From: Octopus sinensis
Taxonomy: Eukaryota
NCBI RefSeq assembly: GCF_006345805.1
Contig: NC_043023.1
Span: forward strand, 62,001 to 126,000
Length of the DNA stretch: 64,000 bases
Direction of reading: 5' to 3'
Positions 25,678-38,769 of the stretch are shown here, piece after piece. The notes beneath the pieces are model-generated. The model searched no databases. It had not been told where the DNA came from and saw only the letters and a program-made list of their open reading frames with translations. The position numbers and the translations under genes are program-made. Positions within the stretch are counted from its first letter, which is position 1. Each line of letters starts with the position of its first letter.

Positions 25678-26940
25678 CAGTGATCCCTCGCTACTTCGCG
25701 GTTCAACTATCGCGGATTCACGACTTCGCGGATTTTTAAGATATATGTATATATGAACACCTAAAATTTTTCATTAAATCCATTAAAATATTAATAATAA
25801 ATATTATTTCCTAGTCTAGGAACAACAAAACAAGCGTAAAATAGCAAAAAAGCATATACAAGGGTATTTGAACTTAGTACGGGCTGTGATTGGTGCAATG
25901 GAGAGATACAACGAATCACAGCTTTCTATTTTGTAATCTGGCCAATGATCGGTGCTTTGACCGATGCTCAGATCCGCAGCATCTTCCCTTGTCTCTCTCT
26001 CGCAGCCATTTCGCTTCAAGCTTTCTCGCCCAGTCGTTTACTCTACTACTTTACGCTGTGCTGTGTGTGATTTTTTTTTTCTTTCTTTGCATTGAACTTT
26101 GCGTTTTCATCCCTTGCAATGGCTCCCAAGTGTGCTGCTTCTTCCAAGGCTGGTACTGAGCCGAAACGCGAACGAAGAATGTTTTTGCAGCCTCGCAAAA
26201 AAGAGCCAGTTCCTACTGCAACTACTACGGTTGCTCCTTCGGAAGAAGTGGAAGAGGTGCGCAGCAAATTCATCACCATCATCATTCAAATTTTTCTTCA
26301 ACTTCTTTCGTGTTGAGTGCAGTAACAATCTTTATTATTTTTTTAAGTGTTATTGCTTAACAATTGTCCTTGTTATTAATAGACTACTGTAACGGGTGGG
26401 TTGTTAACAGTACAGGGAGGGTTTTAAAAGTCCAAATACACGTTAAATCTCTCTCCCTAACCACTCAGTCGAAGCCGACTCTCGGTCACTCGTTGGATCA
26501 GTGTCCTCCAGTCAGTTCTATCCTGGGCCGCTTCCTTCAGACTGGCAATGTCCATTCCGGTATCACTCTTGATGGTGTCAAGCCAGCGGGTTCTTGGTCG
26601 GCCTCTTCCTCTCTTGCCACTCACCATTCCGAGCATGATGTCCTTCTCCAGGGATTCTCTCCGCATATGACCGAAATATGCCAATCTATGCTTGGTGATC
26701 CCAGCTTCTAGCGACATTTTCGGCCTTATCTGCTTAAGAACTTCTCTATTGGTGAGCCTCGCTGTCCATGGAATCCGCAAAAGTCTTCTCCAACACCAAA
26801 GCTCGAATGCACTAATTCTCTTCTGGTCAGCTTTCTTTAGTGTCCAGGTCTCGCATCTATATGGTGTCCCTACTTCGCGGAAATTCAGTTATCGCGGCCG
26901 GTCTCGGAACCACTCTACCGCGATAAACGAGGGATCACTG
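25678..26940 (+). mobile_element. Internally deleted Tigger/pogo-like element with nested RTE
   Basis: TA|CAGTGATCCCTCG...CGAGGGATCACTG|TA (13-bp perfect TIR core); residual N-terminus MAPKCAASSKAGTEPKRERRM. Confidence 0.85.
26456..26862 (-). mobile_element. RTE (BovB-like) LINE 3' fragment
   Basis: WTLKKADQKRISAFELWCWRRLLRIPWTA...YFGH...GKRGRGRPRTRWLD. Confidence 0.9.
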
Positions 26941-26999
26941 TAAGTGTTTGAAGGAAATGACTTAAAGTTAAAGAGAGTAATAGAAAGGGTGGGGCAAAA

Positions 27000-27740
27000 G
27001 TACTAAGTAATGAATGTAATCTCAGTTCAGATATAGATTTTGCTATGAAGTCGCAATGGAGACATTGGTGACTTTGATTTTGCCTGTGTCTGTTGATTAC
27101 GGGATGTAGATTTTCTATTGTTCTTTTTCCTCAACTCAAATTGTTTGGATGCATCGGGACACATTTTACGCCATGCAGATCGATCTAAGTAATGACTTAC
27201 TCTAGATGTCAGGTTAAGCTGTAGAGAATTTAGTGATTGCTTCATCTTATCCGTAAATACTTAAGGAGAAGTCTTCCTTCCACTTGTTGGCCACACAGAA
27301 GAATTTTCGGAATGCGGTCATTTTTCATTCGAACATCTCCTATCCATCTCTACTGAATTCTCATTAGCATATTTTGGTTACAGGAGATATCACATTTTTC
27401 TAAGATTTTGGCATTGAATATCTTATCTTGTCGTTTTATGTTGCATATGTTACACAAATAGCACATGTGGAAGGTTTCAAGTCTCTTTATATGCCTGTAG
27501 TAGGGAGTTAATGCTTCTGTTCCACACAAAGTGTGCTCAAAATACACTGATATCGTGTTCATCCCACAAACGATGGGCAAGTCTTGCGAAAGCACTTGTA
27601 GCCTCAGATTTTCTAACATTGATTTCGTTATGAAGAGTACTCTCAAGGTTTACTATACTTCCAAGATATTTAAATGACCTGGCCCATTTGAGTCTTGAGT
27701 ATGTCCTGCCCCAAACCTTGGCTGGAATAAAACTTCACTC
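27000..27740 (-). mobile_element. Decayed RTE-clade LINE (RT motif 7 to C-terminal Zn-finger-like region)
   Basis: FKYLGSIVNLESTLHNEINVRKSEATSAFARLAHRLW, LETFHMCYL, RWIG.V, terminal CDFIAKS; its 3' end recurs at 63450-63605. Confidence 0.75.
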
Positions 27741-27767
27741 TTAATAATAATAATAATAATAATAATA

Positions 27768-27815
<48 letters not shown>

Positions 27816-27816
<1 letters not shown>

Positions 27817-28030
27817 CCGTCCTACTATAGGCACGAGGCCTGAAATTTTGAGGGAGTGGACTAGTTGATTACATTGACCCCAGTATTTCGCTGGTACTTA
27901 ATTTATCGAGTCCGAAAGGATGAAAGGCAAAGTCGACCTTGTCGAAATTTGAACCCAGAACATAAAAACACACGAAATGCATTTAAGCATTTCCCCGGCA
28001 TGTTAACGATTCTTCCAGCTCACTGCCTTA
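27816..28030 (-). mobile_element. SINE family B in (TAA)n
   Basis: Consensus match. Confidence 0.85.
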
Positions 28031-28065
28031 ATAATAATAATAATAATAATAATAATATAATAATA

Positions 28066-28110
<45 letters not shown>

Positions 28111-28138
28111 CGACGACGACGACGACAATAACGATAAC

Positions 28139-28169
<31 letters not shown>

Positions 28170-28170
28170 T

Positions 28171-30211
28171 GATCTTAGAAGATTGTCACAAACGACACAA
28201 AAACTTTTTGATAGCCTACTACATAGCTGGATAAAGAAATGCCTAGAAATGTACAAAATAGCGCCTACTCTGCGAAACATTTTGTCTGTAAGTATGAGAT
28301 CATGGAGAACCACACTAACTTTGAACAGTGACGATGAATCTCTAAATGCTGGTGATGTAAAAATTTCATGTGGTATTTTCCAGGGCGACTCACTATCACC
28401 ACTCTTCTTTTGTTTAGCCTTAATACCTCTCTCAAAATTACTCAATGACGCACAGTACGGATATAAAATGTTGGATAAAAATATAAATCATCTCATTTAC
28501 ATGGATGATTTAAAGCTTTTTGCAAAAATTACCAACAACTCAAGGGCTTACTAACGATTGTTAAACAATACAATTTGGCCTTGATAAAAGTGCAAAAGCT
28601 ACTTTTATCAAAGGAAAAGTGACAGAAACATCTAACGTTTACCTCGACCAGCAGAATGTCATAAAAGAGTTAGACCCAGCGGAGAGCTACAAGTACCTAA
28701 GGGTAATTGAAGGGGATGGAATAAGGCATTCAGTGATGAAGGAAAGGATCAGGAGAGAATGTTATGGCAGAGTAAGAGCAATACTCAAGACAGAGCTGAA
28801 TGCAAGAAACAGGATCGAAGCGATCAATGCTTTAGCCATACCAGTCGTGACTTACAGTTTCAATATCGTTAACTGGTCAATTACTGAAATATGTAATCTT
28901 GACAGAAAAATACGGAAACTGTTGACAATGCATAGACTGCACCACCCTAAGGCAGATATAGATCGACTTTATCTACCAAAAAAAAAAAAAAGATTGAGGC
29001 CGTGGGCTTTTACAACTAGCAATAACAATGAAGGTTGCTACAATTGGCCTAGACACCTACCTGAAAAACTGGATGTTAAAACTTGTCTCAAAACATGAAA
29101 ACAAGAAAGCATCATACTCAGTAACAAAACAGGCAAAGGAATATCTAAGTGAATTCCGAATACAACAAATTCCGGAATTAGACAAACAAGAGACAAGCAC
29201 AGAAAAAGCTAAGCGCATGAAAACTGCTGCCTTAGATATTCTGAATGATAAATGGCAAGAAAAACCTCTCTATGGCAAATACCCAGAGAGTGAATAATGC
29301 GGATGTTGACAAAGCCCTGACCCATCAATGGCTAATAGCCTCTGGCTTAAACTCTGAAACAGAAGGGTTTATCATAGCAGCTCAAGATCAATGCCTACCT
29401 ACAAGGAACTACCAGGCCAACATATTAAAGAACGGCAGTAGCCCAACATGTCGTGTATGTCAACAACAAAATGAAACCATTGATCATGTTGTCTCCAAGT
29501 GCAGTCTTCTTGTGCCTACGGAGAGTATCTCAACAGGCATGATAGAGCTGCACAATATATTCACTGGGTAATTTGCAAAAGCCTGTACTTGCCCCATGAT
29601 AAAAACTGGTGGGAACACAAACCACCTCCGGTGCTTAAAAATGACCACATTTCACTCCTCTGGAACTTCACCATTCAAACTGACAGAAAGATAGACGCGA
29701 ATAGGCCAGACATCATTGTAAAAGACTTCAGACAAAAAACATGCCTCCTCATTGATATGACTGTCCCAATCGATATAAACGTATCTGTCAAGACCTACCA
29801 GAAACTAAGCAAATATAAAGATCTGGAAATAGAAATCAGCAAAATGTGGAACCTGAAGACTAAAACAATACCTGTTGTCATAGGTGCCCTGGGAATGATA
29901 GCAAAAGGGGCTGATTGCTATCTAGCTCAGATACCAGGAAACCCCAAAATGAAATGGCAGAAATTCAAAAGATAATGCTCATGGGAACTGCTCATATCCT
30001 ACGCAAAATACTTTCTTTGTAATCTCAAGTTTTAAAACAAACATAATTTTCGTATGTTTTTTTAGGCATTCACTAGTACAACACTAAGTACAAAACCAAA
30101 TATATGGTACCCTAGGCATAACACCAACATGAACTTCCAACTTGTTGTCTCTTGAGGTCTCTGGGTGAGACTTGGAGCCAACTTGTGCAAATGTAACGCA
30201 AAAGTCAAACA
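28171..30211 (+). mobile_element. 5'-truncated R4/Dong retrotransposon subfamily A (RT + CCHC + restriction-like endonuclease), frameshifted
   Basis: GIFQGDSLSP, YMDDLKLFAK, YKYL, HHPKADIDRLY, CRVCQQQNETIDHVVSKC, NRPDII..ID.TVP...KLSKYKDL; (TAA)n on both sides. Confidence 0.95.
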
Positions 30212-30220
30212 TATAATATT

Positions 30221-30255
<35 letters not shown>

Positions 30256-30329
30256 TGATGATGATGATGAGGAGGAGGAGGAGGAGGAGGAGGAGGAGGA
30301 GGAGGAGGAGGAGAATGATGATGATGATG

Positions 30330-32250
30330 AAAAGCCAATGAAAATGCAGACAGGATTAGACGCACAGATGGATTCTACCGAAACTTACCAGAAACAAGCA
30401 CGGGAAGACATCACAATAGCAAACTTAAGGCTGACACTTACCGGATGCTAAAGCATTCAACATGAAAGTATGAAAGAGAAGATCAGGAAGGAGTGTTACA
30501 GGAGAGTTCGAGCAGTCCTAAACCCGAGTTAAATGCACGTTACAAGGTGTTGGCTATAAATTTCTTAGCAGTTCCGGTTGTTATTTACAGTTTCAATGTA
30601 TTGAAATGGTATATGAGTGAAATAAGGAAGATTAACAGGAAAATCCGTAAGCTGCTGACACTTACGAAGGCTCATAAGGGAAAATCTCCTGGTAATGATA
30701 GGGTGCCAAATTTCTGGCTTGCCTCTCTCTCGTGCGCACGCGAAAAGTTAGTACAGTTATTGAATGAAATTATGAGAGATCCTACGAAAACACTTGATTG
30801 GTTAGCAAGAGGTATTTCTTACCTACTCCCGAAGTATAATGAAACCAAATTTCCCCAAAATCATCGACCCATAACATGTCTATCTACCACGTACAAAATC
30901 TTAACATCCTCATAGGGAAAACATACAAATTTATGGAACAGAACGATATATTCGCCACTGAACAAAAAAGGGTGCCGACAAGGCTCTTATGGATACAAAG
31001 ACCAACTCTTAATCGCATAATCCTTGAGAACTGTCATAACAAACGCAGAAATCTCAGTTCTACGTGGATTGATTATAAAACAGCCTTCGACAGCTTACCG
31101 CAATCATGGATGCACTACCCAAAAGCAGGCGCAGATCGCCTTTACCTACCCAGGGCTCGAGGAGGTCGAGGCTTGATCCAATTTGAAATCTACAAAACCA
31201 CCGCAATTGGACTAGCAAAACCATGAAAGACGTAAGAAGCTTCATTCTGTTACGAAGGAAAGCAAAAAAAACTTTCAAGTGAGTTTATGCATAATACCCA
31301 GGTTGAACAGCATAATGGAAGTGCAGAAGCTGTAGTTGCAAAGAAGGTGAAGCAAAACAAAATGCGTTTGAACAATTGGCTGATATGTGGGAACAAAATC
31401 CACTTCATGGCAAATATGTGGCCCGTAGCAAATGAGCTGATGTAGACCAGAAGCACACCCATCGGTGGATACAGAGCTCAGGGCTAAAGGCAGAGAGTGA
31501 AAACTTTATCTTAGCTGCCCAAGGTCAGAGCTTATTGACCTGAAACTATCAATCGAATGTGATGAAGAATGGTGTAGACCCAAAGTGCAGATACTGCAAC
31601 GATGGGATAGAAATAGTTAGTGAGCCACCTAATCTTTGGATATAAGGTTTTATCACCTGTAGAGTATAAATCCAGACATGACAATGTTGGCTAATATCTA
31701 CATATGCGTCAGCATTCTAAAATCAAAACTGCTGACAAATGATACAAGCACCACCCTGAGGCTGTAACTGAGGGAGAAAATGTAACGATTCTTTGCGACT
31801 TTCCAGTATGTACAGACCGGTCATTAAAGTAAATAAACCAGATATTGTTGTGAAAGACCAAAATAATAAAGTGTTTATTGATTGACATGAGCATACCCTG
31901 TCACCATAATATCTCGGCAAAATAATTTGATAAACTCAGAAAATATAAATCGAAATCGAAAATATGTGACATCTCAAGGCGGTTACAATACCAGTGATTG
32001 TAGGAGCAACTGGAATGATCAAAAAAGGAATTGAAAATTATTTAAGAATGATCCCTGGTTTACCATCTATGCAGGAAGTGAAAAAGACTGTCTTAACTGG
32101 TACCTTACAGGTACTGAGAAGAGCATTGCCGCTGTGAATTTTCTTTCTTTTTTCCCCTTTATTTTATTTGTTTTCTTTTTTATCTTTTCCTTTTTCTCTG
32201 TCTTCCTCTTTTTTCTATAACATGACTTTGTAAATGAACAATCTGGTAGG

Positions 32251-32254
<4 letters not shown>
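30330..32254 (+). mobile_element. R4/Dong copy with rearranged ORF (RT motifs 0-3 at 30661-31109 placed inside the post-RT region)
   Basis: Order RKIRKLLT | KAHKGKSPGND...RPITCL...WIDYKTAFDSL | MHYPKAGADRLY...CRYC...KPDIVVKD; QGD and YMDD absent. Confidence 0.85.
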
Positions 32255-32306
<52 letters not shown>

Positions 32307-32325
32307 CATCATCATCATTATTATT

Positions 32326-32832
32326 GAGTGAGAGAGCAGTGCATACCATCAAAGTGACGCTGGGGTAAGATATACGAACCCCCGTACACCCATCATGACT
32401 ACTCGTCTGATAAGGGTACACCATAGCACATGCATCATAAGCATATGTGTGTGACATGGTGATCTCATGTCAAGATAAACAACGCATGACCTTGCAGGTG
32501 GGGGCCCAGTTAGAATTTTCTCTGGTCGAGTAAGCCTATCCCGCTCAAAAGGTCCCTGAATAAGGGTTGTTTAAGGATGTTGAACGAAACACACATATTT
32601 CCAGAGGTAAATTATTCAAACCCCAAAGAATCCCTCTCAACACATGGCTATGCTGCTCCCCCACTACTTCTGCTCGTGATCAGAGATGCACATATCGCCA
32701 ACCACTAAGGGACATGCTCGACTGGTTAAGGTCAAACAACTGACAAGCAAATCTGTGGTATTGAGCAGAATATTTGCTGTAACCCATCTTTTATACCAAG
32801 ACAAAACAATGTACATGATAACACTTCCAATC
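32326..32832 (-). repeat. Unclassified repeat X body, (TAA)n tail
   Basis: About 7 substitutions by eye versus 36318-36824. Confidence 0.85.
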
Positions 32833-32863
32833 ATCTACATTTATTATTATTATCATTATTATT

Positions 32864-33352
32864 GCCTTTGCACAGCTTCTAACGCTGGAGATGTACTACA
32901 GTGCCAGCTGTTCACTACCAGTGAACTAAGGTAACACCTCTTATTTTTCGAGCACCATCCGGAGTATTCGAGCGGTTCCAAACAGTGCTGTTTTTGTTTT
33001 GCAAGTGCTTCACCCTTATTGCAGCCCCTATTTGTTCCACGTACTTCTCGAGATCTTTGCTCACTGTTCCCAGGGCTCCGACAATTATTGGTAATATGGC
33101 TCCCCTTTTCATCAACCACAACTGCTTAACTTCCCAAGCTAACCTGTCATATCTCTCGACTTTTTTTTCTTCCTTATCGCATACCTTGCTGTCAGCTGAG
33201 CATGCTATATCTATGACCCAGCAGAGTTTGTTTTCTTTCTCAATTAAGACTATGCCTGGCTTCCTATTCTCTATCTCATGGTCGCACTGAATCATAAAAT
33301 CCCATCGGATCTTTGCATTTGAATTTTCGACGATGCCTTCAGGTTTGTGGTC

Positions 33353-33353
<1 letters not shown>
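32864..33353 (-). mobile_element. R4/Dong subfamily C 3' fragment
   Basis: HKPEGIVEN..KI.WDFMIQCDHEIENRKP.IV..ID.AC..YDRLAWE..GTARILRMVL; homologous to 62666-63152. Confidence 0.88.
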
Positions 33354-33398
<45 letters not shown>

Positions 33399-33519
33399 CC
33401 TGATGCAATACCAGGCAGTGGCTCTCATGGTTTCTGATCTTAATAATGATGATGAAGATGATGATGATGATGAAGCTGAAATAAGAGAATATCATGATAA
33501 AAGATTATCTGACTGGCAA

Positions 33520-33770
33520 GAAGGTGGCAGAAACACGCCGGGCGAAATGCTTAGCGGTATTTTGTCTGCCGCTACGTTCTGAGTTCAAATTCCGCCGAGG
33601 TCGACTTTGCCTTTCATCCTTTCTGGGTCGATTAAATAAGTACCAGTTACGCACTGGGGTCGATGTAATCGACTTGATCCCTTTGTCTGTCCTTGATTGT
33701 CCCCTCTGTGTTTAGCCCCTTATGGGTTGTAAAGAAATAGGTATTTCACCTGTCGCTACATTCTGAAATC
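33520..33770 (+). mobile_element. SINE family B, truncated long form
   Basis: Consensus match. Confidence 0.85.
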
Positions 33771-33919
33771 AGAGGTGGCTTTGCATGTTAGATTTCCATG
33801 AGCGTGCTTTCAAAGGAGATATTCAGAGAAAGACTTGAAAGTGAACGTAAAGATCGTAATACTTCATGTAAAGTAATGTAAATATAACAAACAATTCAGA
33901 ATCTTTGTCAAGTATCGGA

Positions 33920-34080
33920 TCTCTCCCAAAATCTAAGCAGTTCGTGCCAATCACGAGGCCAAACATCCCTGAAAGCTTCATCCGAATTCATTCAGCGGTT
34001 CTTGAGATATCTTGTCCACGGACAAACAAACAAACACGACTGAAAACAATACCCCCGCCTTCGCTGAGGCGGAGGTAATA
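33920..34080 (+). mobile_element. Probable Helentron/HINE-like 3' end
   Basis: cagcggttcttgagat..acggacaaacaaacaaac..gaaaacaata + GC hairpin CCCCCGCCTTCGCTGAGGCGGAGG-taat. Confidence 0.5.
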
Positions 34081-34530
34081 ATAACAATACTTGTAGACTA
34101 CTAGATGTAAGTGTTCCCACTGATAAAAATATATCTATGAAGGAATTCGACAAATTAAGTAAATATAAGGACCTGGAAATTGAAATACAAAAGATGTGAC
34201 ATCTGAAAGCAAGAACTGTTCCTGTTATTGAGGATGTTCTTAGTATGATAAAAAAAAAGATGTCAGAAACATTTACATAATATCCCAGGAGAACCATGTC
34301 TCAGAGCAATCCAAAAGATTGCGCTGACAAGTACTGCCCACATCCTTAAAAAACCCTATCAATTTAAATGTCTGTGTTGTATTACATGAAGATATTTCGC
34401 TACTGCCCCAACCACTTCCCCTCCTCAATCTTTCAGTCATATTGTAACATACTTTATCATTCACTCGCCCTAGGACGCTGGGTGTGTACCGACAAGTGAT
34501 TGTAACATACATACAGATTAAAAGTATATA
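34078..34530 (+). mobile_element. R4/Dong subfamily D 3' fragment
   Basis: CRLLDVSVPTDKNISMKEFDKLSKYKDLEIEI...STAHILKK. Confidence 0.82.
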
Positions 34531-34599
34531 ATAATGATGAGGATGATGATGATGATGATAATAATAATAATAAAAATACTAATACTAATGATAATAATA

Positions 34600-35789
<1,190 letters not shown>

Positions 35790-35816
35790 TAATAATAATA
35801 ATAATAATAATAATAA

Positions 35817-36170
35817 TCCTTTCTACTATAAGCACAAGGCCTGAAATATGGGGTAGGAGGCTAGTCAATTAGGTCGACCTCAGCACTGGACAGGTACTTA
35901 ATTTATCGACCCCGAATGGATGAAAGGCAAAGTCGACCTCGGCGGAATTTGAACTCAGAATGTAGCGACAGGTGAAATACCTATTTCTTTACAACCCACA
36001 AGGGGCTAAACACAGAAGGGACAATCAAGGACAGACAAACGGATTAAGTCGATTACATCGATCCCAGTGAGTAACTGGTACTTATTTAATTTGAACTCAG
36101 AACGTAGCGGCAGACGAAATACCCCTAAGCACTTCGCCCGGCGTCCTAACGTTTCTGCCAGATCGCCGCC

Positions 36171-36172
<2 letters not shown>
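35817..36172 (-). mobile_element. SINE family B long form
   Basis: Consensus match; shares variants with 33520-33770. Confidence 0.85.
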
Positions 36173-36209
<37 letters not shown>

Positions 36210-36268
36210 GGATCTTTGTATTTCTATTTTCGACGATGCCTTCAGGTTTGTGGTTATTATTATCATTA

Positions 36269-36317
<49 letters not shown>

Positions 36318-36875
36318 GAATGAGAGAGCAGCGCATGCCATCAAAGTGACGCTGGGGTAAAATATACGAACCCCCGTACACCCATCATGACTACTCGTCT
36401 GATAAGGGTACACCATAGCACATGCATCATAAGCATATGTGTGTGACATGGTGATCTCATGTCAAGATAAACAACGCATGACCTTGCAGGTGGGGGCCCA
36501 GTTAGAATTTTCTCTGGTCGAGTAAGCCTATCCCGCTCAAAAGGTCCCTGAATAAGGGTTGTTTAAGGATGTTGAACGAAACACACATATTTCCAGAGGT
36601 AAATTATTCAAACCCCAAAGAATCCCTCTCAACACATGACTATGATGCTCCCCCACTACTTCTGCTCGTGATCAGAGATGCACATATCGCCAACCACTAA
36701 GGGACATGCTCGACTGGTTACGGTCAAACAACTGACAAGCAAATCTGTGGTATTGAGCAGAATATTTGCTGTAACCCATCTTTTATACCAAGACAAAACA
36801 ATGTACATGATAACACTTCCAATCAGTTAAGATCAGAAGCCATGAGAGCCACTGCCTGGTACTGCATCAGGGCAT
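36318..36875 (-). repeat. Unclassified repeat X, apparently full length (about 555 bp), in an (ATT)n array
   Basis: Duplicate of 32326-32832 plus 33397-33443. Confidence 0.85.
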
Positions 36876-37229
36876 TTATTATTATTATTATTATTTATTT
36901 ATTATTTATTTATTTATTTTATTCGCCACTGGGGCACTTCCGTTCCTATAGAGTTTATCGTGAACTAGTAGTACATTTCGATAGCACTGCCAAACGAAAG
37001 ATTTTTGACATCACTTTTGACATCGTTCATCTTTCACACTTCAGCGATTTCAGTATCAAATATATATTTTCAGCAATGTCTTGAACGGTTTTGCCGAACA
37101 AATCGATCCCAGCACTTATTTGTTTTAATCTGATTCTTATTCTATCGGTCTCTTTTACAGAACCGCTTAATTACGGAGACGTAAACAAACTAACACGAGT
37201 TGTCAAGCGGAATTGAAGGACAAACACAA

Positions 37230-37895
<666 letters not shown>

Positions 37896-38395
37896 TACAG
37901 GCGCAGGAGTGGCTATGTGGTAAGAAATTTGCTACCCAACCACATGGTTCCGAGTCATGCTTGGGAAACAAGCTTCTTAACACACAGCCATGCCTACGCC
38001 TGTATTGATGTCCTTGGCAAATTCTCATTGAAAACATTTACTATTTTTCCAAACTGTATCATAGTTGGCGATATGAAATGATGCTCGTAAGGTTGCTTGG
38101 CTATTCTAAAGCCTTAGCTTTGCCATCACCCGTGATAATGACGCTTGCGTGCTAGCTTGCCTCACCAGGTTCCGTTGAATTTGTGGTGTGCGACCACTTA
38201 GTGTTGAATCGATGTTTTTTCTATTTTTTGTTCCTCTTTTTGCTCCATTTTTATTTTTCTATATTTTCTTTCTTCCCTCGTCACTTTTAATTGTTTTAAT
38301 CCAGTGGTTCCCAACCTGTAGTCCGCGGACCCCTGGTAGTATGCAAAAGTAGTACTGAGGTCCGTGAACTAAATTCAACATTTCAATATATATAT

Positions 38396-38485
<90 letters not shown>

Positions 38486-38487
<2 letters not shown>

Positions 38488-38679
38488 AGTTAATCTAAAT
38501 TTGAAAACACAAAGAAAAAACACAACGCGAGGACGTGGAACAAGTATAGTATTATTGGACGCTCAGGAAAGAAGGAAAGGAGGGCTTAACGTTTCGAGCG
38601 GAGCTCTTCGTCAGAAACATAGGAAAGGGAAGGGAAGACGGAGGAAAAAAATCACCAACGGTACACACGCGGTCACATT

Positions 38680-38680
<1 letters not shown>
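38486..38680 (-). repeat. About 195-bp repeat carrying a minimal hammerhead-like motif (Penelope-associated)
   Basis: Second copy at 57107-57315; minus strand GTTT-CTGACGA-A-GAGC-TCC-GCTC-GAAACGTT-AAGC. Confidence 0.7.
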
Positions 38681-38766
<86 letters not shown>

Positions 38767-38769
38767 CAA

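Noticed and set aside
36480-36560. Possible HDV-like ribozyme in repeat X (GACCTT/AAGGTC pairing)
   Set aside because: P3, P1.1 and J4/2 elements could not be assembled
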